DNA of 63,999 bases from Octopus bimaculoides (Eukaryota): contig NC_068983.1 of NCBI RefSeq assembly GCF_001194135.2, positions 167,685,529 to 167,749,527 on the forward strand, in the 5' to 3' direction. Below are positions 1 to 13,043 of the stretch, one piece after another. A program made the position numbers and the translations under genes. Below the pieces are notes generated by a model, which was given only the letters and a program-made list of their open reading frames with translations, was not told the DNA's origin and ran no database searches. Numbering within the stretch: position 1 is the stretch's first letter; each line of letters opens with the position of its first letter.

Positions 1-48
<48 letters not shown>
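1..48. repeat. (TA)n microsatellite
   Basis: Pure TA run. Confidence 0.95.
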
Positions 49-52
<4 letters not shown>

Positions 53-402
53 ACACACTAACGAATAAATCATCGACTCTCATAAGCAATAGAGAGTTTG
101 ATTATACTCCGATGTCTGCCTTATTTCGTTCCTTCTCATCATAGCTGCACTTATAAAACGACAGAAGGAAAGTTTTTTTTGGGTTTTTAAATATAGTTCC
201 TGCACGTAAAGAATGATTTCTAACATTTTGAAGAATTCCACAAATATTAAGACAAAGGTATATTTCCGATTTAATTGTTTCTGACATTTGAGAGGATCCT
301 AATGATAATTCTTGCGATGGCATTTAAGGGACAAGTTACGAAAAGTGGAGGAAAGGATTTCACTGAAATCGAATGAAACGGACTGAACAATAATGATTTC
401 AA

Positions 403-810
403 TTTTGGCACAAGCCCAGCAATTTTAGGGGGAAGTATTAGTCGATTATTTCGAACCCCTAAAAATGACTGGTACTTTATTTCGGCGTCCCAGAACAGAT
501 GAACGGCAAACTTCACCTCGGCGAGATTTGAACTCAGAATGTAAATAGGCAAAAGAAAATACTCCGGGGGAATTTTTCTTACGCTCGAAAGATTCTTCCA
601 GCTCGCTGCCCTAATAATAATAATAACAATAATAATGATGATAATAATAATAAACTTTTCTACTATAGGCACAAGGCCTGAAGTTTTGTGGGGAGAGAAC
701 TAATCGATGACATCGACCCCAGTACGTAACTGGAACTTATTGCCTCGACCCCCGAAAGAATGTCGATTTCCAGTAGAACATGAACCCAACAAAGCATCTT
801 GTCCGGCGCT
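403..810 (+). mobile_element. Two adjacent SINE copies (MetaSINE-like core)
   Basis: GGCACAAGG...TGGTACTT...ACCCCGAAAG...ACCTCGGCG...TTTGAACTCAGAA motif, repeated at about 15340-15700, 19400-19590, 30440-30650 and 54490-54870. Confidence 0.7.
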
Positions 811-930
811 TTCACAACATTTCACTTCAATGTTTGTGTAAACAAATACATGATAAGCTTATCTTGAACCTAAAACTATGGTATATCAAATAAAATGTAT
901 AAATAATATTGGCTTAGCTCCTGCACTCAC

Positions 931-1084
931 CGGCAATCAATATCAACGCCACATAAATTCCTAGATTCATCCAAAACGCTTTATCGCGGTAGGTAAGGAT
1001 GGGCTCGGCTTCATTGTATATGATCCCGCTGCAGTTTAATTCTAACAGGTTACTATCGAGTACATTGCAAGTTATGGTCGACAT
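931..1084 (-). CDS. First coding exon of a DUF21/CNNM-family (CBS-domain metal transporter, MAM3-like) membrane protein; the gene continues off the left end
   Basis: The minus strand reads ATG(1084) MSTITCNVLDSNLLELNCSGIIYNEAEPILTYRDKAFWMNLGIYVALILIA-G and ends at a consensus donor CG|GTGAGT (930-925), phase 1. FWxxLxIxxxLxLxAG resembles the first TM helix of DUF21, normally followed by LMSGLTxGL. It lies in a CpG-rich island and is too short for the ORF track. Confidence 0.75.
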
Positions 1085-1089
1085 TGTTC

Positions 1090-1400
1090 AGCACTAATCT
1101 AGCTCTGTTGTTGTCATGTGTGTATTAGGATAAACAACGAACTGATTCGGGACACGCGTGATGGGCGCGGCTTCCGAGTAAATAAATCGGAGTTACGTCA
1201 CCCTATATTCACAGACTGCTGTGCGAGGGCGCTCCTTGCATTCTGTTGCTGTTCGAATGAATATGTAAACAATAAATAAATAAATAAATGCAAACAGAAA
1301 GGAAACTTTCTCTGACGAGTAAGACTTTGTTAAAACATTGAGTCTCGAATTTTATTGTCCGAAACAGAAGTTTTTCAACACAAATACGTGACGGTCCGAT
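1090..1400 (-). promoter_or_regulatory. CpG-rich promoter region of the DUF21 gene with a CRE/ATF-like site
   Basis: CpG-rich stretch (GACACGCGTG, GGGCGCGG) directly upstream of the ATG. AGTTACGTCAC at 1191-1201 reads GTGACGTAACT on the minus strand. Confidence 0.55.
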
Positions 1401-1949
1401 TTGGATTTGTTTTTGCACCAATACACACACAAACACATTTATTTATTTATTCATGTATGTACGTACGTATGATTGTATGTGTTAGTATGGCTGATATGTG
1501 TGTTTATAGGTATTTGAGGGCATATGTATGTGTATGTATGTATGTAGGCATATATTCTCATGCATATTGTTGCATATCTAGACATGTTCATATATATATT
1601 TAAATGATAAACTTCTGGAAAGTTTTACAGATTTTTACTGTTCCAGTGATGAATTGGATCTGTAGTCTTTGAATTAGCTTTCTCCTTTCTGGTTCTGGTA
1701 TGTATGTACGTACGTACGTATGCACTATATATGTACGTATGTGCGTGCGTACGTACATACGTATGTGCCTACGTACATACGTACTTACGTACGTACGGAC
1801 TGACGCATGCATGCATGTGTGTGTATGTATGTTCATTGTACACACATGTTTGTGCATGCGTCTGTGTGTGTATATGTGTACTGCATGAGTTTTGCAAATA
1901 TATATGTGTTGGTTAAATTGAATGGTTTGCATAAACATCATATCGCATC

Positions 1950-2660
1950 CAAAAATAAAAGTATTCTAAAAAATGAGAAAAAAACATCAGATTATGGCTG
2001 GGAGATAACAGTTTATTCAAAGAAGCTGCTCTCAGCTTCCACTATGGGCTTAGAATGGCTCCAGAACCTGATACATACATTTCTCACTGTCTCTGGGAAG
2101 GTCTCCAAACATCAAACATCTTGGCCACCAGCTCAGGCAGAGTGGTTGGTATCTTTCTGCGTCCTACACAGTAATCTATAGGATTACAATCAAGCGAATT
2201 AGGGGCTGGTGAAGTCATAGAAATTCTCTGTCAACCATTTCTGATTCCTTCCAGAGAACTGATAAGGAGCCAAATCCTGCTGTCACACATGTGGTCTGCC
2301 AACAGCAATTCTTTACTGTAAGGATTTGACTACTGTCTCCAACAGCTTCCTATAGGTGTCTGAATTGAGCCTTAGGCCTTTGTAGGGATTTGAACCCCAA
2401 CTGCAAGATATTCAGTTAAGGATCACAAATGAGCCCCCACAGCCTCTCACTGATTGACCAATAAATCATCCAATCAGTGAGAAGCTGTGGCATGATCAGA
2501 ATTTTCTCCCTTTTCACCCAACAAACATTCGCAGTTTCGGGGACTTGATTCTCATGATACGTGACACTTCAAATGGATTGTGGGCAAGCCACCAGTTGTT
2601 CTGAGTGTTGTGCAACTGGTCCTGGCAGGTTTTTTCAACAGAAAGGAATAAGAGAAAATA
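1950..2660 (-). mobile_element. Degenerate Tc1/mariner transposase fragment (DD37D/maT-like)
   Basis: Minus-strand translation pieces: QDQLHNTQNNRWLAHNPFEV, GRPHVWQQDLAP, QKWLTENFYDFTSP, PNSLDCNPIDY (a decayed WPPNSPDCNP motif), with stops and frameshifts. Confidence 0.7.
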
Positions 2661-2851
2661 AACAGAGAGAGAATGAAAAAAAACTTGTAGATTTAGGAGT
2701 CAAGCTTGATGATCTATTCACACATGACAGATGCCCAAATGCCAACATGGAAGTACGTAGATACTACTGTGGGATAGCACAGGGTGAAATCTGAAGGGAG
2801 ACAAGCTTTATACTGTACTCCTAATACATTCTTGACAGAATATACCATAAC

Positions 2852-2891
<40 letters not shown>

Positions 2892-3097
2892 CACACATAC
2901 ATACTAAATTTATGGCTGGTGCAAAGTCCCGACCAGGCCTAGAGTAACATGGTGGTGGAAAAGTGTAGTTGACAGGGCCGTTAGAATAAGGAAGCAGGTG
3001 ATAGCAAAAAACTATATCAAGTAGCTAGGAGGGAAGGTAAGAGGTAGGTATACCCAGCCAGTGGGAAAGCAGAAAGGAAGAAATTTGCCAATTGCTG

Positions 3098-3460
3098 CAG
3101 ATATGGCTGTGTGGTAAGAAGCTTGCTTTCCAACCACATGGTTCTGGGTTCAGTCCCACTGTGTGGCCCATTGGGAAAGTATCTTCTCCTATAGCCTTGG
3201 GCCAACCAAAGCCTCGTGAGTGGATTTGGTTGACAGAAACTGAAAGAAGTCTGTCATATATATTTATATGTGTGTGGGTATGAGTTTGTCCTCCACCATG
3301 TTAGTGTGGTTACATTTCATAACTTAATGGTTCAGCAAAAGAGACTGATAGAATAAGTACTAGATTTACAAAGAATAAATCCTAGGGGTGATTTCTTTGA
3401 CTAAAGACGGTGCTCCAGCATGGCCACAGTCAGATGACTGAAACAAATAAAAGAATAAAA
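3098..3460 (+). mobile_element. tRNA-derived SINE
   Basis: A-box-like TGGCTGTGTGGTAAG and B-box-like GGGTTCAGTCCC, followed by the body and an AAAGAAT tail. Other copies at about 7630-7760 (-), 8580-8920, 25465-25840 (-), 33400-33680, 50960-51200 (-) and 60900-61030 (-). Confidence 0.8.
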
Positions 3461-3475
3461 AGAAAAAATACGAGG

Positions 3476-4392
3476 ACCAGTGTTTTGAGGTGTTTTGTGA
3501 TGTTATTGGAGAGAAGTGTGTTCGTATATGGATGATGGTTCACTTGCAGTTAGTGACTCTGCTAAGAAAGAAGCTTGGAAGTGTCACAACGAAGGGCTAC
3601 TAAATGTAGAGAACTCATGGGAGAAGGGGAGTGTGCCTGATGTAGATTCAAGAGAGGGACAGTAGCATGGTAGATAAAGCCATGAAGGATATGGAGCTGG
3701 GGAAAGCCCCTGGCCCATCAGGAATCACAGCTGAGGTGTTTAAAAAATCTGGTGGTGTGGAATATGGACTAGTCACCCATATAGTAAATCAGGTTGTACA
3801 CGAGGGAGTCATACCCAATGGCTGGTGTAGCAACACCATAGTCAACTGCTACAAAGGAAAAGGAGATGCTTTAGATAGAAATAATTACTGAGGTATCAAA
3901 GTTAGACCGGGCTAAGATACAGAGAGGGTCATAGCCCAACTAATTAAGACCAGAGTTAGTCTAGATGAGATACAATTTGGTATCGTGCCACTGATGCTAT
4001 ATTTCTGGTAAGGCAGCTGCGGGAGAGGTACCTTTGTACTTGGCTTTTGTTGATATGGAGAAAGCCTTTGACAAGTTCCTTCAATCCCTTATCTGGTGGT
4101 CACTGCAAAAACTATGGTTAGATGAGTTGTTGGTGAGAGTGGTACAAGCCATGTACAGGGATGGCATCAATAAGGTGAGGGTTGGCAACAAGCATAGCGA
4201 TGAATTCAAGGTACAAGTAGGGATTCATCAAGGATCAGTCCTCAGCTCTCTCCTGTTCATCATAGTCCTCCAGGCAATAACAGGAATTTAAGATAGGCCG
4301 CCCCTGGGAGTTCCTCTATTCTGATGACCTTGTTCTCGTAGCTGAATCATTTCCAGAACTAGAGAATTTTCGGGTGTGGAAGCAAGGCAGCA
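3476..4392 (+). mobile_element. RTE-clade LINE reverse-transcriptase fragment (decayed)
   Basis: GKAPGPSGITAE, LAFVDMEKAFD and GIHQGSVLS motifs followed by YSDDL, across frameshifted ORFs 3667-3891 and 4034-4291. Confidence 0.9.
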
Positions 4393-6149
4393 ATCTAAAT
4401 TAAGTATGAGTAGGATGGAAGGAAGAGGAGAGTAGATGAAGACAAGAGATTGGGAAGGGCATTAATGGTGACCACAGTGAGTGGTGGTAAGGGACAATGT
4501 TAAGAATGAAGGATGGCTATCAAGTGAAGTGGTTCTGAGAATTGAGAAAAATAAGAAGCATCACAGAAAAGATGATAAAACATGTAGTGCTGTCCTCATT
4601 TAATTACAACAGCAGAATACTTCAGTAAAGAGGTGGAGAGATCAATGATGTGAAATAAGGAGTTGAAGGGACAGGTTTGCTGAGGGAATTAGGCAAGGGG
4701 CCTGATTGTGTATTTTGACATTTTGTCTCCTGAATCTGGGCAGGATAACCAAATCTCATCTGAGATTTTTAAGTGCTCAAAGTGTCAACTGAGGCTCAAC
4801 ATGTAGTCAGTGTTATGGTTTTATATTTTTGTAATCCTTCGGCTAGTTTATCCAATATCTCACTGTTTCAACCATCTGCAACAGTCCAAAACAGTCTGCA
4901 TATCCCAGTCCAACAAGATTGTTACTACTAAGATGTAGTTAATACAGTTTCCTTGTAACGATGAAACAGATAGTATTATAGAAGACTAAATTTAATATTA
5001 AACCATGTTGATATGGTAATAAAAAAGACGCCCATATGTACAGAAATGTGATGTAATTGACAACAGAAACATTGTGACAAACAGTCTGGGTAATTGCTTC
5101 TATTCTAGTCATTCATTAATTCTGTGTGATTCAATTAACTAATTACCTTAAGTGAGGAATGTCTGGGTTATTATTGTTAGAACATGGATGTGTCAATTGT
5201 ATTAAGAAGATTATTGTTTAAATCTCATGTGATTAACATTTATCATAAAACATTCTTGTGTGCTTCACCCCCACACTCTGGATGATCTACAAGAATTTAT
5301 CCCTGCTTGGTAAGTGACTCACTGAGTGAGATCTACTCTCCTGGCATAGAAAAGCCATCCTATTTTACTTATAGTGAGAAGAAAGAAACCCTCATACAAC
5401 TACGTAAAGGTTTAATCATTTAACCTTTTTCATACCAACTAATTTCTTCATTATTTTAAAAGTTCATTGAAACAATGACAATGCAATTTTACAGAAATAT
5501 GGTGAGTAAATGGTTAATAACAACAATTTTACTAAATTTTTCATTACTTTCAAAATTAATTGAAATAAATGCTGTGAAATTCTAACAAAAAACTCGTTAA
5601 TATTCTTTGGTAGGATGTAGTCAGAGCAAGACATCTGTTCACTGATTCTTTGAAACAATTCTTTCTTTCTTTCTGGACAATGGGCATGAGTTTAATAAAA
5701 TAAGAACAGTAATGAGTGAAGTAAAAAATAACCATTCCGAAATACAACAATATCCGTTTCAACACACGATTTCACATCAGGAATCTTGCAAAACTAATTA
5801 ATAAATGTAACTCTATGAATAGAAAAATCATCAACTCATTTGATGTTTCTGAAGTCAGGATTCTGAACCCCTTATCAATTCCAAAGTTGGTTCCCTGTCA
5901 TTTTTCTTGAACTGAATGAAAATTAAAAGGTCAGATAGTGCTCAGTTATTCAGGTCAAATAATTCACACTAAAATTTTTAAAGCTATTTTCAAATATTTT
6001 TAATGTATAAATGTAGTAGGCACCTATCGGGCTTGAGAGGCCATGGATCTGCACCCAAAGAAATGTATACTTATTAAAAGTGTATTCATTTTGTGTCAAT
6101 ACTATTTATTAATGGTTGAACAGATGTTATCACTATAAATTTGTTGTAG

Positions 6150-6600
6150 CTTTAATATCGTGGCACTCTGTCAGTTACGATGACGAGGGTTCCAGTTGAT
6201 CTGATCAAAGGAACAGCCTGCTCATGAAATTAACATGCAAGTGGCTGGGCACTCCACAGATATGTGTACCCTTAACATAGTTCTCGGGGAGATTCAGCGT
6301 GACAAGGCTGGCTCCTTTGAAATACAGGTTACAACAGGAAGAAAGAGTAAGAGAAAGTTGTGGTGAAAGAGTACAGCAGGGGTCACCACCATCCCCTGCC
6401 AGAGCCTCGTGGAGCTTTAGGTGTTTTGCTCAATAAACNNNNNNNNNNCAGCAGGGGTCACCACCATCCCCTGCCAGAGCCTCGTGGAGCTTTAGGTGTT
6501 TTGCTCAATAAACACTCACAATGCCCAGTCTGGGAATTGAAACCGCGATCCTATGACTGCGATTCCGCTTCCCTAACCACTGGGTCATTGTGCCTCCACA
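6150..6600 (-). mobile_element. SINE copy interrupted by an assembly gap
   Basis: GTTGATCTGATCAA..GAACAGCCTGCTC core (also at about 29975-30140) and a tRNA-like head at about 6530-6590. A 10-N gap lies at 6439-6448. Confidence 0.6.
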
Positions 6601-8184
6601 AAGCTTTAATATATATCAACAGTGATAAATATGGGAAGATTATTTGGAAATAAGAGAACAAGTGTTTCTGCCTCAAAAGCCATCATCAGCACAACAATTT
6701 TCCAACCTTTTCTGTGGCAGCCAAACACCATACAAGATAACTTATTGATTTATTAAAATTGTTTCCACCTCTAGAGGATATGTCATAATTACCAAATAGC
6801 AGTTGAGACCTGCTCCACATGAGAAGTGGAAAGAATCTCAAGAATCAACACTTCTCCAAGTTGACATGTCATTGCAGAAAAGGACAAGTTTATCGTGTGA
6901 AGATAAGAGAAACGTGGACGTGTGTTTCTGCCTTAATAAGTATCATTTCTTTTAATGTATTTCTGTTGCTGTCTATTTGGTGGACAAATTCATATAATTT
7001 TGGAGTAATGTTTGAAATCTATTTTAAGGAAGAAAAAAAAAACTGCAAAAGAGGAAGAAATGATATGAGTCATATTTTCTTTGCTAGCAAAACTCCAAAG
7101 CAGAGTCCCCAAAATTGACCTCATAAAACTCAATTTCAGTTTCAAAGAAAAAAATAATAATAAAAAAAACAACTAGACAAAGCACTTATAGAAAAACAAT
7201 TATGAACATGTGAATAGAATTAGAAGAGCCTATCCTAAAAACGTTTGCAGAAATTAAGAACCAGATTCCCAGATCAAAGTAGGATTTCTATGCATACACC
7301 AATATGAAGAAACTGAGGAAGCAGTTAGGCTTGCTCCACCTTCACATTAATAGAATCATCATACACACACAAACATGCACAATAGTACTTAGACGTACAT
7401 AGAAATACTCACACAATTTAAGAAAATTTCAATTGCCCCAGAGAAAATTTCAGGCGTCTTTGCTCAAAAAGCATGGTGGCTATTTCACAGATTTAATTTC
7501 AAAGCACACTGCACCCACCACTAACATTGAATAAATATCATCAACATAAGATTGTTGTTACTTCAAGACACAGACATATTAATCTAATAAAAACAGAAAT
7601 ATTATCTGAATTGGTGAAAGATCTTAGTCTTTAGGTGCACGGCTGTGTGGCTAAGAAGTTTGGTTCACAACCATGTGATTCTGATTCAGCCCCACTATAG
7701 AGTACATTGGGGAAAGTGTCTTTTGGCAGACCAATGCTTTGGGAGTAAATTTCAAAGATGGAAATTGAAAAAAAAAAAAACTGTTGTGTGTGCTTGATTC
7801 TCCCACCCCACCCCCTGACAACCAATATTAATTTTAGAAATAATACATTTCTAAATCTCTCATTTCTCCCCCCACTTCTCTCATCCTGCTCCTTCCTTTC
7901 TTACATTTTCCCATTCTTTTTACTCTTCCTTTCTTTCATCCTCTCTCTCTCTCTCTTTTCTTTAATTGCAGGTGCAATACATACATTCCTATACTCTCCT
8001 AAATATTCATACCTGTCTATGTTCATAAATGCATCCACACAGACATGTATTTATGCTCACTGATATGCCTCACATAACAATATAACCGTATATGAGAAGA
8101 CACACAGATGTGTGCATTTTTATATATGCACTCTGTTTGTCCATTCATTTATCTAACTTTATTCAATAGCTCTCTCCTTCTCTC

Positions 8185-8260
<76 letters not shown>

Positions 8261-9576
8261 GATTTCTATTTTTTTTTCTTTTGAAGCAGAGTCTGTGAAG
8301 TCTTTCCATCTTCAATAAAATCTTGTTATTTAACTCTACCTTTGGAATTTGAATGTTATTTTCTCTCCTGTGTTTTGCACCTATGTACTTGCTTGTGTGT
8401 GTATTTAGAATTCAGTAGCATTTCCTGCATAAATGCAAGGTATGCACTGCATGTCTAAGATAATGCAAATAACAATTCTGCTTTGAATATACCTGTTTCA
8501 TTTTCGTGACGATAGCTGCAAGGAGACTGTATTCAGTTATATGGCTTTGATTTCTAAAATTGCATATTCTTGCTTAACGACCAATGCTTCCCAGCCCTGT
8601 GGTTTCAGGTTCAGCCCCACTATATGGCATCTTGGGATAGTCTCTTCTACAATAGTCCTGTGCCAACCAAAGACTTTTGAGTAGATTTCTTAGACACGAA
8701 CAGAAATAAGACTGTCATATGTGCATGTGTGTGCACATGCGCGCATGTATGTGTACATGCGTGTGCGCATGTGTATATGCGTGTGCGCATGTGTATATGC
8801 GTGTGTGTCTCCATGCCCTGACATCATACAGTAGTTGTAAACAAGTGTCACTGTCACCCAAGTGGTGTCCTTTGCTTTCAATTTTTGAAGAGATACGTTT
8901 CTGGTGACAGAGAAATATTACTTTGTTTGGAAACAGGTGAGAGTTGGTGACAGGAAGAGTATCTGACCACAGAAACTGTACCTCAACAAATATCATCTGA
9001 GCCATGCGGAGAAACAGAAAGTAGAAATCGAAATGAGAAGGACAATATACAGAGATATGCAGACACACACATGCACACCTCCATCCATACATACATCATA
9101 TATACATACATACTTGTACATATGTACATATATATTTTCATATAGCATTCGTCATGTCACATTATGTTGGCAAATAATCTTTACTTTAGAGTTACTCTTT
9201 ACTGAATGTCTCTGAAGAGACTTAGAAATAATAATTTTTCTATTTATTAAATCAGTGACTGTGTGTCACTTTGAAAATTATTCATATATTCAAACAGGAA
9301 TTTGACAGCACCACCTCCGGCCGAGCAGTTATTCTGTGCTGAGAAAAAGAACACAGAAAGCACAGTCCACAGATATTGCTTTGTGCTGAGTGGGCATACT
9401 AAACACCCCTGTTTGAAAATATAAGGACACAGATTGTGTGTCATATAGCCGCTAGAAACGATGTTTCCTGAGGCTAAATAACAAATATTCGTTCCAACCG
9501 GGACTGTCACATTATTTTGGCAAATAATCATTACTTTAGAATACTGTTATTGAATGTCTCTTGTTGAGAAATTTAG

Positions 9577-9618
<42 letters not shown>

Positions 9619-10558
9619 GTTTATCAATTCGTTTTGCAACAACAGAATGGAGTGAGTGGAGCAAGAACACACATGGAAACAAAAAGTGTCACTCTGAAGA
9701 GATCACAGATGTGTGACAAAAGATTTCCAGACAATGGAAAGGCATTAAAATAATAAAATAACAGTAATAAACAAGTGAAGAAAAAGAAAAAATATGTACA
9801 TAGTGTGTGTGTTTATTTGGTAAAAGAAAAAAAAGAATAATAAATAAAATGACCATCCTGAAGTACAACAATATATATATATTCATGTATACTTCGTTTT
9901 TGGATTTGGTTTGCAAGATTCTTTATGTGAGTTTATGTGTTGAGGTATATTCTGTTGTGTCTGGGGAGGGTCATTCTCTTTTAGTGCCTTATTATTTAAC
10001 ACACTCACCGGTAAAGTTTCCACTCATTTATTTTCCCTAAAATTTTCATTGTGACTTGCAGCCTTTTCAATAGTTGTTGACTCTGTCCATTATCAAAGCT
10101 GCGTTCTTTTTGTCTGTTTGTGCGCATGTATGTGGGTCAGTGTGTGTGTGTGTGTACATACACATGTATGCATGTCTGTATGCTTGCGTGTAAGTGTGTG
10201 TATGCATGTATGTGTGCATGTGTGTGTATGTATATATATATATGTTTTTATGTGTGTACGTTTGTATGCAAGTATTCTGCATATTCATGTGTTTGTGCGT
10301 TTTTATGTTTGTATGTGTGTGTACCTCTGTCTCTTTGTGTGTGCATGTCTGAGTGTGTCTGTGTGCAAATTTTTGTGACTATGTACTGTGTGTGTATGTA
10401 TAGATATGTGTCTCTATATGTATCCTTGTGTGAAGTGAAGTGTGTGTGTGTATATGGTCGTGTGTTTCAGTCTTCATTTGCATATGTATGTGTGCATGTG
10501 TGCTTGTCATCCATCTGTATGGCTATCTATTTACATTCATGTCCATTTACCTATTTTA

Positions 10559-10947
10559 TTGGGTTGGCAACTAAGTTCCTGCCGTTTTTTAAAATTTTGG
10601 AATCTATTTTTTTTTTTTTGAGAATTCTATTTTTGAATCATTTTTGAATCTATTTTTTTTTTTTTCTTCTAGTTAATTTTAGTTAATTTTCAGATCATTA
10701 AAATGGAATGTCAAGTTAAGAAAAATGAGCATTTTTGACACCTCCTTTTTGCTTTTAATCAAGGTTCTAAGGCTGCAAAAGCTGCTTGCGACATTTGTGC
10801 TATGTATGGAGAGGGTGCCATAGCTGAAAAAACCGCTCATGATTGGTATGCCATGTTCAAAAGATGCACTTTGTTCTGGCTATCCAGTTGAGTTCGATGA
10901 AGAGCAATTAAACTGACGTTTGCACAAAAATTCTTGTCAAATGACTA
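10559..10947 (+). mobile_element. mariner 5' fragment (TIR plus transposase N-terminus; mellifera-like)
   Basis: TA followed by TIR TTGGGTTGGCAACTAAG. The ATG at 10703 reads MECQVKKNEHF..HLLFAFNQGSKAAKAACDICAMYGEGAIAEKTAHDWYAMFK. Confidence 0.8.
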
Positions 10948-10949
10948 CA

Positions 10950-11440
10950 TTTCTAGTTTTACAGTTAATGCCTTTGGTTAATGCTTTTGGTTGTAAATCC
11001 TTCTTTAATTTGGGATGTTTGAGTTCCTGAATGTTGAGTTGAAGAGCACGTTGAAAGCCTATGTCAATTAGTGAAAGTGGGTAGTTCCTGATGATGAGTG
11101 TATCTTTTAGTTCATGTAGCTGTGTGTCTCATCCTTTTTGCTAGGTTGAAGGGGATGTTCATTCTGGGGTGGTATGAGTTGAATGGTAGATATTGCTTGG
11201 AGTCCGTAGGCTTATAGTATATATCTATTTCTATTATGTTGTTAGATTTCTTAATGAGGATGTTGAGGAAAGGAAGTTCTTGCTGGCTATATTCCATCGT
11301 GAATTGAATGTTTACATCAAGTCCATTTATAAGTGCTTGGAATTCTTTAAGTTTCTCTATATTTCTTCTTCTTTGTCTCCTTCCTCTCCGCCATCTCCAT
11401 CCTAACTTTTGCTGTTTAGAATAACAACTATGCAAATTTT
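10950..11440 (-). mobile_element. Penelope-like element RT C-terminal fragment
   Basis: NIQFTMEYSQQELPFLNILI...DIYYKPTDSKQYLPFNSYHP matches the PLE pattern IKFTxE..LPFLD..VYRKPT..YL...SxHP. Confidence 0.8.
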
Positions 11441-12049
11441 ATAAACAAAACATTCAAAAGAGATGTCTCAAGAATTCAATCACTACTACCATCCAGAACG
11501 GGTCATCTTCAGGACACTTGAACATTTAACATCCTACTATCATTGCACTCCCGCGTTCTTCTTCTTCCCTACCAAGAATTCACAATGACTTCGAACACAC
11601 AAGAGTGAGCAAGAGAGACAGAAATAAGCAGTAACACGGAAAATGCCCCTTGTATTTGAATACTATGCAAATGTTCTTTTAAAAAAAACTTTTCTTTTAA
11701 TTTTTCCAAAACTTAATTGTTTTCCATTCTTACAGTTGAAGAAGTCACAATGACTGAAACCGGTACCGAAATGGTTTTTATAGAATTATTTTACCATTTT
11801 CTACCTTGACTTTTTTTCCATATATATATATATAATACACACAAACACATACATGTAAACATACCTACTTACTTACCTACATCCATACAAACTTACATAC
11901 ACATATATATATACATCCCTATAGGCATACATACTTACTTACATACATACAAATCCATGTATATACATTACTATGGATATATATACATGTATAGATATAT
12001 ACAAACACACATACACACATACACACATATACATATATATATATATATT

Positions 12050-12190
12050 TGGATTCAAGGTGAATATGGTTCTTAAGTTTCGGCACCAGAGTTAAGTATG
12101 GTATTATCCAAACAATTCCAAAATAAGGTGATTAAAAATCAAAATAAGCAACAAGGATATTCCAGGATATTCAAGGATATATGTATGTAT
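12050..12190. repeat. Dispersed repeat (second copy about 57895-58010)
   Basis: GATTCA.GTGAATATGGT.CTTAAGTT..GGCACCAGA..AGTATGGT.TTATCCA.ACAATT.CAAAATAAGGTGA occurs in both places. Confidence 0.6.
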
Positions 12191-12972
12191 ATATACATCC
12201 CTATGTACATACATCCCTATGTACATACATACATAATACATATATACATACATGATGATGTACATAAACAATACTTCCCTTTAGCAATGTCTTACTTCCA
12301 ATCACACAACTTGGCACCCAGTAAAGTTTCAATAATTTTCCCCCCAAAGAATGTAAATGAACGATTGTTTTCATAAATAACAGATTAAGAAGTGACAAAC
12401 CCATAAACAACTAAATTAAAGGAGGCTTTTGTCCTGGTATTTAGCCCTGACATTGCTTCAATAATAAGGTTTCTCCCTTGTAAACTAGCACATTTCTTGA
12501 AGAAAAAAAAGACTTTTTTTTTGTGCCTTTTTCTTCCCATTAGTATACTAAGCACTTTACTGTTAGCTTCAACCCCCCACACTTCCCATCTACCAATATT
12601 TTGCTCTGTTAAGCAGCAGGGTAAATAGTACACACACACATGCACACACACACGCACACACACACACATACACACACACACACACACACACAAGCATGTA
12701 TATATATTTGCATGTGTGTGTCTATGTATGTATGTATGTGTGTGTGTTTTCTATATATATATGTATATATTTATATTTATATATGTACATACACAAACAT
12801 TTATATATATCACCGTGTATGTAATGTATATGTATATGTATGTATACACACATACATACAGATAGATAGACAGAGAGATACATATTATATACTGCATATA
12901 TCTATGTGTGTGTGTATGTCATCATCATCATTGTTGTGTAACGTCTGCTTTCCATGCTGGCATGGGATGGAC

Positions 12973-12974
<2 letters not shown>

Positions 12975-13041
<67 letters not shown>
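12975..13041. repeat. (TA)n microsatellite
   Basis: Pure TA run. Confidence 0.95.

Positions 13042-13043
<2 letters not shown>

Noticed and set aside
1600-1941. Many ORFs of YIYI, THTH, VCVC and LSLS type (here and at about 8700, 10100, 12600, 32100, 52200 and 61300)
   Set aside because: They are products of (TA)n, (CA)n, (TACG)n and (GA)n microsatellites and are not genes.
3098-3175. tRNA-like sequences with A and B boxes
   Set aside because: They are heads of multi-copy SINEs continuing into a conserved SINE body, and they lack an intact cloverleaf, so they are not tRNA genes.
6374-6513. About 60-bp direct repeat on either side of the N run
   Set aside because: Identical sequence flanking a 10-N gap is the signature of an unmerged contig overlap (assembly artefact).
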